A DNA stretch of 64,000 nt. Source: an uncultured bacterium (GTDB lineage: Bacteria > Patescibacteriota > Minisyncoccia > Phycocordibacterales > Phycocordibacteraceae). The DNA is taken from assembly GCA_947085985.1 (NCBI GenBank), contig CAMTYL010000004.1:150885-214884 (forward strand), given 5' to 3'. Positions within the stretch are counted from its first letter, which is position 1. Every line of letters begins with the position of its first letter. The position numbers and the translations under genes are program-made. Below the pieces are notes generated by a model that ran no database searches, was not told the DNA's origin, and saw nothing but the letters and a program-made list of their open reading frames with translations. Below are positions 46,422-57,175 of the stretch, piece after piece.

Positions 46422-47252
46422 ATGCAGACCCTTATTGCTTATGTACCTGTTCTGCATGAGGGATACAGGAAGTTCTTTGAATCGGTAGAGGGAGAGAGGA
46501 GGTTATTCATACTAGATTCGTCACTCATAACCGAATTTTCAGAGCTCCGAAAAGAAATACGAGAACTCAAACCGGAACTGATGGTACAAGCCATTGAGGC
46601 GCTCGGCATTTTTTCAAGTGTTGAATTGCTGGATGCCAAAAATGCAATTGAGATGAACGAAGCCGGTGTGGAAATCATCATGCCAGACGAAGAGGTGGCA
46701 AGAAAACTCACGGAAACGTACTTCTCACGCGCATCTGTAGAATACCGCCCAATATTCTTGCGCTGGGACAAACACAATTCTCTGCAAGAGAGACCGGTTG
46801 TGCCAGACGAATACATTACGAGGGAGACCCTCCATCGGAAGTTAATGGATACTGCAGAAGCAGAAGCAAAAAAGAGCTCAGATAATTGGCGACATGTTGG
46901 CGGCCTTGTTAGCCGGGATGGGGTAGTGTTGTTGCAGTCTCATAACACGCACCTCCCAAGCGAGCACACTCCGTACGTTAACGGGGATCCACGCAATAAT
47001 TTTCATAAAGGGGACCACATAGAGTTCTCTTCAGCACTCCATGCAGAAGCGGGATTGATTTCTGAGGCGGCAAGACGGGGAATTGCACTTGAAGGCTGCG
47101 ACATGTATGTAACTGTCTTTCCGTGTCCTCCCTGCGCCAAGTTAATAGCAAACGCAGGGATAAAAAATCTGTACTGCGGAGGCGGATATGGAGTACTCGA
47201 CGGTGAAGAGGTGCTAAAAAGTGCAGGAGTGAGTATACGGTACGTTGAATAA
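46422..47252 (+). CDS. dCMP-deaminase-like protein with extra N-terminal domain
   Basis: Zn motif 'HAE' ... 'PCPPC'. Confidence 0.85.
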   Translation: MQTLIAYVPVLHEGYRKFFESVEGERRLFILDSSLITEFSELRKEIRELKPELMVQAIEALGIFSSVELLDAKNAIEMNEAGVEIIMPDEEVARKLTETYFSRASVEYRPIFLRWDKHNSLQERPVVPDEYITRETLHRKLMDTAEAEAKKSSDNWRHVGGLVSRDGVVLLQSHNTHLPSEHTPYVNGDPRNNFHKGDHIEFSSALHAEAGLISEAARRGIALEGCDMYVTVFPCPPCAKLIANAGIKNLYCGGGYGVLDGEEVLKSAGVSIRYVE

Positions 47253-47260
47253 ACGGAGCC

Positions 47261-47707
47261 CTATCCGAGTTTTACGCGAACGGATTCGTGGTCTGGGGCT
47301 TCAACATCCCCCATAAGAAGATGGGCGTGTAAGTGCGCAACACTGCTTCCTGTGTATTTACTTTCACCAAAGCGCATAAAGAATGAGCCGCCCGGGATAG
47401 AAAAATGTTTTGTGGCCCATGACATAAGCGCGAACAAATCCCCAGTCTCTGTGGCAGTGAGCAAGGAAGGGTCCTCAATATGTGTTGGTTTATATACAAA
47501 AATGAAGTGATACTTCGTTCCTGCATACGGACTCATGTTCTCGGTGAAGTACCAGTAGTCAGTCTCCTTAAGAACTGGCTTTGGGTGATATGTAGAAAAA
47601 TACTCCTTGCAGAAAGGGCAAACCCCGTCCTGCTGGATTTGCTCCATTAGCTTTCTCTGTTCCTCGGTGCGTGCGTTCCCTATATTGAGCAGATGCGCCT
47701 TGCTCAT
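47261..47707 (-). CDS. HIT-family nucleotide hydrolase
   Basis: 'CPFC' and 'HLHAHLL'. Confidence 0.85.
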   Translation of the reverse strand: MSKAHLLNIGNARTEEQRKLMEQIQQDGVCPFCKEYFSTYHPKPVLKETDYWYFTENMSPYAGTKYHFIFVYKPTHIEDPSLLTATETGDLFALMSWATKHFSIPGGSFFMRFGESKYTGSSVAHLHAHLLMGDVEAPDHESVRVKLG

Positions 47708-48588
47708 ACAGCGACAGGAATACCCTTAATTGGGTCGTGTGGCTCGTAGTCCGACAACTCGAAGTCGTCGGCGCGGTACGCAAAGACATCGTCTTTTTTG
47801 TTTACCATCGTAACTGTTGGAAGCCGTCGTGGCTCGCGCGCAAGCATTTCTTCCATCAAGGGAATCTGGTCAACATAGATGTGGGCGTCCGAAACACTGT
47901 GAACAAATTCATATGGCTCTGTTCCAGTCGCGTGAGCAATCATCATGAGTAGTGCCGCATACTGCACCATGTTGGATGGTACTCCAACAGGAAAGTCTGC
48001 CGAGCGCTGGAACATGTGGAGGGTCAGTTTGTTATTGATGATGCGTAAATGGATCCATCCATGACAAGGAGCAACAACTACTTTTTGTTGCTTTCCTTCA
48101 CCTCGAATTATGTACTGTGGAATCCAAGGAGAGATAAAGTGTGTTCGGAGGTGTGGGAACTCAATCATCTGCTCAATAATGTTCTGAATCTGGTTGTACG
48201 GCACTCCTTCTGCGGTGGGGAAATCGTGGAATGCGGCGCCATACGAACCTGGCCCCAAGTCACCCACATCTAAACCGCGCTTCGCGGCCTTCTCAGGAGT
48301 TCCCCAGGGTGTCCAAAATTTACAACCGAAAGCCTCAAGCTCTTCGAGTGTGCGTGCGCCGTTTATGAAAGCGCAGATTTCTCCAATTGAACCTTTCCAG
48401 AACCCTTTAATGCTCCGCTCAGTAATCATGGGGAACCCATTCTCAAGCTTGAAGTGCATTGGCGGTGGAGCAATCACTGTGAGTGCGTCCACTCCTTGCT
48501 GGCTTTTCACCACCTCGCCATTCTCCAAAATGTATCGAATACGGTCACGATACTGAGTGTCTGGTGCGCGCTCCGAGAATGGTTTCAT
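47704..48588 (-). CDS. thyA: Thymidylate synthase (divergent)
   Basis: 'APCH', 'QRSAD..VGVPSN', 'DAHIY'; start set at MKPFS. Confidence 0.9.
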   Translation of the reverse strand: MKPFSERAPDTQYRDRIRYILENGEVVKSQQGVDALTVIAPPPMHFKLENGFPMITERSIKGFWKGSIGEICAFINGARTLEELEAFGCKFWTPWGTPEKAAKRGLDVGDLGPGSYGAAFHDFPTAEGVPYNQIQNIIEQMIEFPHLRTHFISPWIPQYIIRGEGKQQKVVVAPCHGWIHLRIINNKLTLHMFQRSADFPVGVPSNMVQYAALLMMIAHATGTEPYEFVHSVSDAHIYVDQIPLMEEMLAREPRRLPTVTMVNKKDDVFAYRADDFELSDYEPHDPIKGIPVAV

Positions 48589-48642
48589 GAGGTAAATAGT
48601 AGCATCTGTGAGGGGTTGTGGCAGGGGTGGTAGAATCTCGGT

Positions 48643-49074
48643 ATGAAGGTCCAGATACGACGAAGTGACAAGGAGGTTGCGCTCCCAGAATATAAGACTT
48701 CCGGAGCTGCTGCTATGGACTGTGCTGTGCGAGAGGACGTGGTTATAGCACCTCGAAGCATTGGATACGCCCCACTTAATTTCTCGCTTAAGCCACCGCC
48801 CGGCCATTTCGTTATGATGGCCGCAAGAAGTTCTTTGCATAAGCGAGGGCTTATGATGGCAAACGGTGTAGCCATTTTTGACGAGGACTACTGTGGAGAC
48901 GAGGACGAATTTAAGGTGATTTTCTATAATTTTACTGACGAAGCAGTGGAGATTAAAAAGGGGGAACGAGTTACTCAAATAATGGTGATTCCCGTTGAGC
49001 GGACTGAGTTAGAAGAAGTTGGGTCGCTTGGAAGTCCTGCGCGAGGAGGAATTGGTTCTACCGGAAACACCTAA
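48643..49074 (+). CDS. dut: dUTPase
   Basis: 'AAMD', 'RSSL', 'FDEDYCG', 'RGGIGSTG'. Confidence 0.93.
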   Translation: MKVQIRRSDKEVALPEYKTSGAAAMDCAVREDVVIAPRSIGYAPLNFSLKPPPGHFVMMAARSSLHKRGLMMANGVAIFDEDYCGDEDEFKVIFYNFTDEAVEIKKGERVTQIMVIPVERTELEEVGSLGSPARGGIGSTGNT

Positions 49075-49138
49075 GAACGAAACGGCTTATGAGATAAGAA
49101 CTGGTCGACCCATATTCCACCACTTAACCCCACATCCT

Positions 49139-50404
49139 ATGGATTACTACGCACACATCAAAAAAGAGGACAGCGACGTATACGATGCAATTGTCGGAGA
49201 AGAGAAACGCCAGGCAGAAGGTCTGGAACTTATTCCAAGTGAGAACTATGTATCAAGCGCAGTGCGCGAGGCGATGGCAAGTGTGCTCACCAATAAATAC
49301 TCGGAAGGGTACCCAGGCAAGCGTTACTACGGCGGGCAAGAGTTTACCGACCAAGTAGAGCGTATCGCTATAGCGCGCGCCTGTGAGCTCTTTGGTGCGA
49401 AGTTTGCAAACGTGCAGCCACTTGGAGGAGCCAACGCAAACATTGCCACCTACATGGCACTCCTTGGGCCGGGGGACACAATTTTGGGCATGGACCTCTC
49501 CCATGGCGGACACCTCACCCATGGGCACCCGGTGACCTACATTAGCAAAATCTTCAACTTCATCCGCTACAAGATGAAGGATATTGAGACGGGCGAAATT
49601 GATTACGGCGAGCTGCGTGAGACCGCGCTTCGAGAGCGACCAAAGGTAATTCTTGCTGGATTCTCTGCGTACCCACGCGAGCTTGATTGGAAGCGTATCG
49701 CTGATATTGCACACGAGGTGGACGCACTTGCGGTTGCAGACGTGGCGCATATCGCAGGACTTATCGCAGGGGGCGCTGCAGAGAATCCCTTTACGCACGG
49801 CTTTGATGTAATGACCACCACCACCCACAAGACGCTGCGTGGTCCACGTGGCGGCATGATACTTGTGCGCGAAAGCGAGGAGATTGCGAAGAAAATTGAT
49901 AAAGCGGTATTCCCAGGACTCCAGGGTGGTCCGCACATGCACCAGATTGCTGCAAAGGCCATCGCTTTTAGAGAAGCGCTTCAACCGTCTTTTAAGGACT
50001 ACGCGCAGCAGGTAGTAAAGAACGCTGCGGCCATGGCAGGAGTATTCACCGAAGGAGGCGTGCGCCTTATCACTGGCGGCACGAGCAATCACCTTATCCT
50101 GGCTGATGTGTGGGGCTCACTCCAGATTTCCGGGCACGACGCAGAGACACTGCTGGATAGAGCGGGCATTACTCTTAACAAAAACACGATTGCAGACGAC
50201 ACGCGAAAGCCACTAGACCCGTCCGGCATCCGCTTTGGAACACCAGCGATGACGACCAGAGGACTAAACGAAGAAGACTCGCGCGAAGTGGCTCGCATCA
50301 TGCTGGAGGTACTTCAAAAGCGCGACGACGAAACGGTGGCAAAAGCCAGCGAACGCGTCAAAGCGCTCGCGCACAAGTACCCAGTGCCAGAATCATTTCT
50401 ATAG
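49139..50404 (+). CDS. glyA: Serine hydroxymethyltransferase
   Basis: 'LIPSENY', 'NKYSEGYPGKRYYGG', 'TTTHKTLRGPRGG'. Confidence 0.97.
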   Translation: MDYYAHIKKEDSDVYDAIVGEEKRQAEGLELIPSENYVSSAVREAMASVLTNKYSEGYPGKRYYGGQEFTDQVERIAIARACELFGAKFANVQPLGGANANIATYMALLGPGDTILGMDLSHGGHLTHGHPVTYISKIFNFIRYKMKDIETGEIDYGELRETALRERPKVILAGFSAYPRELDWKRIADIAHEVDALAVADVAHIAGLIAGGAAENPFTHGFDVMTTTTHKTLRGPRGGMILVRESEEIAKKIDKAVFPGLQGGPHMHQIAAKAIAFREALQPSFKDYAQQVVKNAAAMAGVFTEGGVRLITGGTSNHLILADVWGSLQISGHDAETLLDRAGITLNKNTIADDTRKPLDPSGIRFGTPAMTTRGLNEEDSREVARIMLEVLQKRDDETVAKASERVKALAHKYPVPESFL

Positions 50405-50406
50405 AC

Positions 50407-50997
50407 ATGGAAGAAATAGAAATTAAATTCCTGGACATAGAAAAGGAAAAGCTCGAGGCGCAGCTTAAAGAAATAGGAGCAGAGAAGGTGGGTGTGTATC
50501 ACTATCGCAGGGTTATCTTTGATCACTCTGATTTCAGACTTGATAAAACATCCGCGTTTCTTAGACTTCGTGATGAAGGGGAGAAAACTACGTTGGCCTT
50601 CAAGCAGAGACTTGGGGTTGTGGCCGACAGTCTTGCTGGGGACGATGACGGAATGTACGAAAAGGAGGTGGTAGTTAGCGACTTTGATGCGACAAGAGAG
50701 ATACTACTGCGCACTGGACTCGTAGAGAAGATGTACCAAGAAAATTACCGTACACGATATGTTCTTGATGGGGTTGAGTACGACATAGACGAGTGGCCAC
50801 TACTACCGGCGTATCTTGAAATTGAAGGTCAAGACTGGGAGCAGGTGTACGCTGCAGCTGCAGCTCTCGGGTTAAGAAAAGAAGACGCCAAGAAATTCAC
50901 AGCAAATCAAGTGTATAAGCTTAGTGGCCTTGATGACCGAAACTATTCAAAACTCACATTTGATGAGCAGATACTGAAGACAGAGAACTTGTTTTAG
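50407..50997 (+). CDS. CYTH-domain (triphosphate tunnel) protein
   Basis: N-terminal 'EIEIKF', 'LRLR', 'YLEIEG'. Confidence 0.88.
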   Translation: MEEIEIKFLDIEKEKLEAQLKEIGAEKVGVYHYRRVIFDHSDFRLDKTSAFLRLRDEGEKTTLAFKQRLGVVADSLAGDDDGMYEKEVVVSDFDATREILLRTGLVEKMYQENYRTRYVLDGVEYDIDEWPLLPAYLEIEGQDWEQVYAAAAALGLRKEDAKKFTANQVYKLSGLDDRNYSKLTFDEQILKTENLF

Positions 50998-51017
50998 TTT
51001 TCTGCTACTATCGCGGT

Positions 51018-52718
51018 ATGGAAGACGCTATTAGAAAGGCTACAGAAACGGCGCTCGCTGAAGCGGGTGCTGAGAGCGTGACCTTTGCCGTTGAATGGCC
51101 AGCAGACCTCGCCCACGGTGACTACGCCGTGAATGCTGCTATGGCAGCCGCTAAGGGGCTTGGCAAGAATCCTCGCGAGTTGGCCGAGGCTCTCGCGCCA
51201 ACTATTGCGCGCGAGCTTGGTGCGCTTGCGGCAAGTGTAGAAGTGGCAGGACCTGGGTTCATAAATATTCGTCTATCAGCTTCTGCAGTCGCAGAGAGTC
51301 TCGTTGGCGCAACGGACAGTACGTGGGGAACGGGTACTGCGCGCGTGGCAGAGAAGATTGCATTTGAGTATTCGTGCCCGAATCCATTTAAGGAAATGCA
51401 CATCGGGCACCTGATGAGCACCGTCATTGGTGAGGCATGCTCGCGCATTATTGAGAGTCAGGGCGCGCGCGTCCTTCGCGACACATACGGGGGCGATGTT
51501 GGCCCACACGTGGCAAAGGCCATCTGGGCTCTTCAGAAGAAAGGAATTACTGAGCCCTCCACGGCGCGTGAGCTTGGAGATGCGTACACGCACGGTTCTC
51601 GTTCGTATGAAGAAAGCGAGACCGCAAAGATTGAAATTGATGCGCTCAACACCAGACTCTACCAAACACTCGCAAAAGATGAGGCGGAGCGAACGAGCGA
51701 GGACCGTGAGTTGCTAGAGCTGTGGCGCCACGGACGTGATGTTTCCTACGACGCGCACAAGAGCGTTTGGAAGTTGCTTGGAACAGAGTTTGATTACATC
51801 CTGCACGAAAGCGACACAACCCCAATCGGTATGCGGGTGGTGAATGACGGTCTTGCTAAGGGAGTGTTCGCAGAGAGTGAGGGTGCAGTGATTTATCGCG
51901 GAGAAGAGAAGGGTCTCCACACGCTCGTATTTATTACGAGCCGTGGCACGCCTACCTACGAAACAAAAGAAATGGGTCTTGCGTTTATGAAGGAGGAACA
52001 GTTGGGGCCGCTCGACCACTCCTACATCATGACTGCCGCAGAGCAGTCCGGACACTTTGCAGTATTTCTTGCAGCTCTTGAAGAAGTGGCACCAGAGCTG
52101 GCCCGCCACACCTATCACATGCCACACGGGTTCCTGCGCCTTACTACCGGCAAGATGTCGTCGCGCGAGGGAAGTGTCATTACTGCAAAGGAATTTCTTG
52201 AGGGACTTATTGAAAAGGCGAGCGAGCGAAACCCTGACCCGCTCATCAGTACACAGGTAGCAGTGGGTGCTGCGAAGTATTTGATACTGCGCCAAGCGCC
52301 AGGAGGGGACGTCATCTTTGATGTGGAGAAGTCACTGTCGCTTGATGGCGACTCGGGGCCATACCTGCAGTACGCACTTGTGCGCGCAAAGAGCATCCTC
52401 GCACAAGTCTCAACGAAGAATTCAGGAATGGGAAACACTACCATATATGGTAGTAATTCTGATGGTGAGATTGAAGTGCTTGCAAGAATGATTGCTCGAT
52501 TCCCGGAAGTGGTGCGCCGAGCGGAAGCACTTCAGGCACCGCATGCAATAACCCAATATCTCACTCAGCTCGCGAGCGAGTGGAACTCGTACTACGCGTC
52601 AGGAAAAATTATTGGAAGCACGGACGAGGAGAACAAGATTGCTCTCGTGAAAGCATTTGCAAGAACGATGGAGAACGGGCTCACGCTTCTTGGAATCCCA
52701 GCACCAGAGAGAATGTAG
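51018..52718 (+). CDS. argS: Arginine--tRNA ligase
   Basis: 'HGDYAVN', 'GPGFIN', HIGH, 'KMSSR', 'GPYLQYA', C-terminal 'PERM'. Confidence 0.96.
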   Translation: MEDAIRKATETALAEAGAESVTFAVEWPADLAHGDYAVNAAMAAAKGLGKNPRELAEALAPTIARELGALAASVEVAGPGFINIRLSASAVAESLVGATDSTWGTGTARVAEKIAFEYSCPNPFKEMHIGHLMSTVIGEACSRIIESQGARVLRDTYGGDVGPHVAKAIWALQKKGITEPSTARELGDAYTHGSRSYEESETAKIEIDALNTRLYQTLAKDEAERTSEDRELLELWRHGRDVSYDAHKSVWKLLGTEFDYILHESDTTPIGMRVVNDGLAKGVFAESEGAVIYRGEEKGLHTLVFITSRGTPTYETKEMGLAFMKEEQLGPLDHSYIMTAAEQSGHFAVFLAALEEVAPELARHTYHMPHGFLRLTTGKMSSREGSVITAKEFLEGLIEKASERNPDPLISTQVAVGAAKYLILRQAPGGDVIFDVEKSLSLDGDSGPYLQYALVRAKSILAQVSTKNSGMGNTTIYGSNSDGEIEVLARMIARFPEVVRRAEALQAPHAITQYLTQLASEWNSYYASGKIIGSTDEENKIALVKAFARTMENGLTLLGIPAPERM

Positions 52719-52795
52719 GGTTGCAAATTCTTGAATACGTGCTACTATTAATTATGCCGCGATTAACCGCGGTGTTCTTAATTGAGGGGGACATT

Positions 52796-52981
52796 TTGTC
52801 CGAGAGCTACGAAGACCAGCCGCACGGCAACACGAACCCGCGTCGGCGTGAGCCCACGCACAAGGGCCATGCTCAGAAGACGCTTGAGATGATCGCGCGC
52901 AATTCGGGTGGACGGCCCAAGCCGACCGCCGCGCAACAGCGTCTGCTGTTCGGCGAGTTCAGCTCGCTTCGTCGTCGCTAG
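52796..52981 (+). CDS. Small basic orphan protein (TTG start inferred)
   Basis: GAGGGGG Shine-Dalgarno; TTGCAA...TACTAT promoter upstream. Confidence 0.4.
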   Translation: MSESYEDQPHGNTNPRRREPTHKGHAQKTLEMIARNSGGRPKPTAAQQRLLFGEFSSLRRR

Positions 52982-52998
52982 CGACAGGAGGAAGTCCA

Positions 52999-53235
52999 AT
53001 GGAACGACTTTGTTCACCCGAAGCGGTGGAACAACAAATTCGTTCCATTGGCTTCCCGGTCGCTCTTCATGCGGACGGGCCGAGCGGCATGACCGATCGG
53101 TACTACATCCGCAACGAAGAGTGCCTTCACGAACAAATCCTGCACGCCCTTGCGGCGGCAGAAAAAGACAAAGCGAACGGAGTCCTCGTACTCCCGTTCC
53201 CAAACTCCCGGCGGATGCCGGCCAGGCCTCCATAG
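52999..53235 (+). CDS. Small orphan protein
   Basis: AGGAGG Shine-Dalgarno upstream; 78 aa. Confidence 0.5.
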   Translation: MERLCSPEAVEQQIRSIGFPVALHADGPSGMTDRYYIRNEECLHEQILHALAAAEKDKANGVLVLPFPNSRRMPARPP

Positions 53236-53282
53236 TGGGGCCTGTTTCATTTTAGGTAGTAAAACGCTAGGATAGAGAAATC

Positions 53283-56200
53283 ATGGCCGAACAAGAGAAA
53301 TCAGAGCTTGTTGCAAGAGAAGAGGCAATACTCGCTTTTTGGAACAAAGAGCAGATTTTTGAGAAGACACTCACCAAGCCCGCGCCGAAGGGAGATTTTG
53401 TATTTTATGAGGGCCCACCAACTGCAAACGGGCGCCCTGGTATCCACCACCTAGAACCACGATCATTCAAGGACGCGCTTCCGCGCTACAAAACTATGCG
53501 TGGCTATCGTGTGCCGCGTCGCGCGGGGTGGGATACGCACGGTCTCCCGGTTGAGCTTGAGGTAGAGAAACAACTTGGCTTCAAGGGTAAGCAAGATATT
53601 GAGACGTACGGCATTGCGGCCTTCAACAAGAAGTGCCGCGAGAGCGTGCTGACCTATATTGATGAGTGGAAGGCGTTCACTGAGCGCATCGGCTACTGGG
53701 TAAACTTCAACACTGCCTACTTTACGTACAACGCTCCCTACATGGAGTCCCTGTGGAACATCATGAAGAAGGTAGACACTGATGGCAGGCTCTACAAGGA
53801 CTACAAAGTACTGCCGTGGTGTGTGAAGTGCGGGACAGCACTTTCTAGTCACGAACTCGCCCAAGGGTACGAGGATGTAAAGGATTTGTCGCTCACGGTG
53901 AAGTTCAAAGTGGTAGGTGAGGAGAATACCTACTTCCTCGCATGGACCACGACGCCGTGGACTCTGCCTGGGAATGTGGGGCTCGCGGTGGGGAAGGATG
54001 TTGTGTACGGAAAGTACACGAATAACGGAGAGACTGTCATTATTGCAAAAGCATTGGAGCGAAAGCTCGGTGAAGGGTGGGTGCTTGCTGAGGAAGTCGC
54101 TGGTAGTGAGCTTGTTGGAAAATCGTACGAGCCACTCTACCCATTTGCAAAGGACATTGCTGCAAAAACAGAAGTAGAAAAGTTTGCGAATGCATACAAA
54201 GTGTACGCGGCAGATTTCGTAACCACCGAAGACGGGACGGGTATCGTACACACCGCCGTCATGTACGGACAAGAAGATTTTGATTTGGGACAAAAGGTTG
54301 GTCTGCCAAAGGTGCACCTGGTAGCACCAGACGGCACCTTCGTACAAGGCACGGGAATGTTTGAAGGGAAGTCAGTCATTGATGCGGAAACAAATGTTGA
54401 GGTATTGAAGGACCTGCAGGCCCGCGGACTCTACTTCTCTAAGGAGAGTTACAACCACTCCTACCCACACTGTTGGCGCAGCAAGAACCGCCTCATCTAC
54501 TACGCACGCGATTCGTGGTACATCCGCATGCAGGATTTGCGCGATACGCTCATTGCGGAGAACAAGAAGATTAATTGGGAGCCCGCGCACATTCGTGACG
54601 GGCGAATGGGCGAGTGGCTTTCTAATGTAAAGGACTGGGCTATTAGTCGTGAGCGCTACTGGGGTACGCCGCTTCCCGTATGGCGAAGTGAAAATGGAGA
54701 AGAACAGCTGGTGATTGGTTCGGTAGAAGAGTTAAAGAAGTATACGAAGCGAAGCGGAAATCGGTACGTGGCTATGCGCCACGGGGAATCAGAGAACAAT
54801 GTCGCAAACATTGTGGACTGCACTAACGAGAAGAAGTGGCCGCTGACACAGAAGGGTCACGAGCAGGTACGCTCTGCCGCCGTTTCACTCAAAGAAAAGG
54901 GAATTGAACTGATTTACGCATCTCCGTTTGAGCGCGCACAAGAAACGGCGCGCGTAGTAGCGGCTGAGCTCGGTCTTTCCTTAGAAAGTATCGTCACTGA
55001 CGAGCGTATAAAGGAAATAAATGCAGGAACCCTTTGTGATAAATCACTAGACGAATTCCTAGCGTACCGTAAGGTGCATGCGTACGAAGAGCCGCTGCCG
55101 GGAGGCGAGAGTCATCTAGACGCGAAGCGTCGCTTTGGTGCTTTCTTGTACGACCTGGAGGAACAGCACGCGAACAAAACCATACTGATTGTCACGCACG
55201 GTATTGGGCTTGAGATGTTCATGCCGGTCATTGCGGGAAGTGATGCGCGCGCTACCCAGGCAATGGTAGAGAACGACCTGCCGGTAAATGCAGAAGTGCG
55301 CGAGCTTGATTTCGTGCCACTGCCACATAACGACGACTACGAGCTTGATCTGCACCGCCCATATATTGATGATGTAGTGCTCGTAAGTGAGAAGGGAACC
55401 AAGCTTCGCCGTGTAAAGGAGGTAATGGATGTCTGGTTTGACTCAGGCGCCATGCCCTTTGCACAGGCTCACTATCCGTTCGCAAAAGAGGCGCCAGCAT
55501 TTCCTGCCGACTTTATTTCAGAGGCTATTGATCAGACGCGTGGCTGGTTCTACACACTGCTTGCCGTTTCTGTATTGATGGGGAAGGGGACGCCATACCG
55601 AAACGTAATTTGTCTCGGACACTTGCTTGATGAGAAGGGAAAGAAGATGAGTAAGTCTTTGGGGAACGTCATTGTTCCAGCGGACGCTATTGCAACGTAT
55701 GGTGTGGATACGCTGCGCTTCTGGATGTACTACGTCAATCAGCCTGGCGACTCAAAGAACTTTGACGATAAGACCGTGCGCGAAGCCGCTCGTGTTATCT
55801 CGTGGCTAGATAACAGCGCCAAATTCTACGAACTCTTTGCAGCAGGAAGTCAGTCATCACAAAAGACCGCACTTGATGAATGGATGCTCGCGCGCACTAA
55901 TCAAACAGTGAAGACTGTAACGGAGGCCATGGACCGCTATGACCTCTACACAGCGTCGCGCACCATCGCGCTCTTGCTGGAAGATGTCTCGCAGTGGTAC
56001 GTGCGCCGTATTCGCGATAGAGCGCGCGACGGTGATGCTGCTGCACTTTCCACACTCCGCGAAACACTCAAGACCTGTGCTCTTCTCATTGCGCCACTTG
56101 CTCCGTTTGTGGCAGAAGATGTGTACCGAATTGTAAAGAGTACAGAGGACGCAGAGAGTGTGCATCTAGCTAACTGGCCTGAGGTACAGGCGGGTATCTT

Positions 56201-56627
56201 TGACGTACTTACTGGTAAGGGAAAGAAAGAAGCGGCACTTATAGAAGAAATGGTGCGCGTGCGCACGCTTACGTCAGAGGCACTGATGCTTCGCCAAAAA
56301 GCTGGAGCTAAGGTGCGGCAGCCGCTCGCATCACTTTCAATTGTTGGCGAACTTTCGCTGGAGATGCAAAGAATACTCGCAGACGAGCTTAATGTGAAGG
56401 AAATACGAACCGGTGCGAAGGAGCTCGCGCTTGATACGGTCCTTACCCCAGAACTTATTAAAGAGGGAGATGAGCGCACTCTTGCGCGAGCAGTTGCAGA
56501 GGCACGCAAAAGTGAGGGGTATGCACAGAAGGACCAGGTGAAGGTAGAGATGCGTGAGGACGGTGCGCACAGTGCAGAGATATCCAGTGGGGTGGTGAAG
56601 TTTTCTCTAATACGCGATGCGGCATAA
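53283..56627 (+). CDS. ileS: Isoleucine--tRNA ligase (type 2) with inserted histidine-phosphatase domain
   Basis: '[13 protein letters not shown]', 'GWDTHGLP', 'WTTTPWT', 'DQTRGWF', KMSKS; insert 'MRHGES...SPFERAQET...VTHG'. Confidence 0.95.
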   Translation: MAEQEKSELVAREEAILAFWNKEQIFEKTLTKPAPKGDFVFYEGPPTANGRPGIHHLEPRSFKDALPRYKTMRGYRVPRRAGWDTHGLPVELEVEKQLGFKGKQDIETYGIAAFNKKCRESVLTYIDEWKAFTERIGYWVNFNTAYFTYNAPYMESLWNIMKKVDTDGRLYKDYKVLPWCVKCGTALSSHELAQGYEDVKDLSLTVKFKVVGEENTYFLAWTTTPWTLPGNVGLAVGKDVVYGKYTNNGETVIIAKALERKLGEGWVLAEEVAGSELVGKSYEPLYPFAKDIAAKTEVEKFANAYKVYAADFVTTEDGTGIVHTAVMYGQEDFDLGQKVGLPKVHLVAPDGTFVQGTGMFEGKSVIDAETNVEVLKDLQARGLYFSKESYNHSYPHCWRSKNRLIYYARDSWYIRMQDLRDTLIAENKKINWEPAHIRDGRMGEWLSNVKDWAISRERYWGTPLPVWRSENGEEQLVIGSVEELKKYTKRSGNRYVAMRHGESENNVANIVDCTNEKKWPLTQKGHEQVRSAAVSLKEKGIELIYASPFERAQETARVVAAELGLSLESIVTDERIKEINAGTLCDKSLDEFLAYRKVHAYEEPLPGGESHLDAKRRFGAFLYDLEEQHANKTILIVTHGIGLEMFMPVIAGSDARATQAMVENDLPVNAEVRELDFVPLPHNDDYELDLHRPYIDDVVLVSEKGTKLRRVKEVMDVWFDSGAMPFAQAHYPFAKEAPAFPADFISEAIDQTRGWFYTLLAVSVLMGKGTPYRNVICLGHLLDEKGKKMSKSLGNVIVPADAIATYGVDTLRFWMYYVNQPGDSKNFDDKTVREAARVISWLDNSAKFYELFAAGSQSSQKTALDEWMLARTNQTVKTVTEAMDRYDLYTASRTIALLLEDVSQWYVRRIRDRARDGDAAALSTLRETLKTCALLIAPLAPFVAEDVYRIVKSTEDAESVHLANWPEVQAGIFDVLTGKGKKEAALIEEMVRVRTLTSEALMLRQKAGAKVRQPLASLSIVGELSLEMQRILADELNVKEIRTGAKELALDTVLTPELIKEGDERTLARAVAEARKSEGYAQKDQVKVEMREDGAHSAEISSGVVKFSLIRDAA

Positions 56628-57144
56628 GTACGTCACGCGAGCGGTGGTACTTGGTCGCGGTGCGGCTCGCGAGTCTGGGCTCATGCTCACGCTCCTGACC
56701 GAGGACTTCGGATTGGTGAGAGCAAAAGCCGAGGGTCTGCGAAAGCCTGGTGCAAAATTAGCGGGTGCGCTGCAAACACTCTGTGAGAGTGATGTCACCT
56801 TGGTGCGCGGCAAAGAAGGGTGGCGCCTTACGGGTGCTCTCTTGGTAGAGAATAGATTTCACACACTAGACAGTGATGCACGCGCCTGTGCAGCACGTAT
56901 TGCTTCACTGTTCCTGCGCTTGATGCCGGAGGGTCCGCAGGATGCGGGGTTTTTCAGTTTGTACCGCAGATTCCTCACAGATTTGGTGGGAGCACCCTCA
57001 GTAGAGCGAGACACTATAGAATGCAGAGCAGCGCTTGAGTTACTCATGCTCTTGGGGCTTGATACAGGGACTGATACGGTAAAGCTTGCGCGAAACGATA
57101 TGGTTGTTCGCATCAATAAAGGAATCGCCGCGTCAGGACTCTAG
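56617..57144 (+). CDS. recO: DNA repair protein RecO (short)
   Basis: '[17 protein letters not shown]...KLAGAL' OB-fold. Confidence 0.8.
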   Translation: MRHKYVTRAVVLGRGAARESGLMLTLLTEDFGLVRAKAEGLRKPGAKLAGALQTLCESDVTLVRGKEGWRLTGALLVENRFHTLDSDARACAARIASLFLRLMPEGPQDAGFFSLYRRFLTDLVGAPSVERDTIECRAALELLMLLGLDTGTDTVKLARNDMVVRINKGIAASGL

Positions 57145-57175
57145 AACACGTCGGTGCGCTATACTGGTGTGGTAT

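Noticed and set aside
48589-48978. Long N-terminal extension of ThyA
   Set aside because: It is the antisense shadow of the divergent dut gene.
49253-54347. Long antisense ORFs (279, 193 and 294 aa)
   Set aside because: They lie opposite glyA, argS and ileS and are codon-bias shadows.
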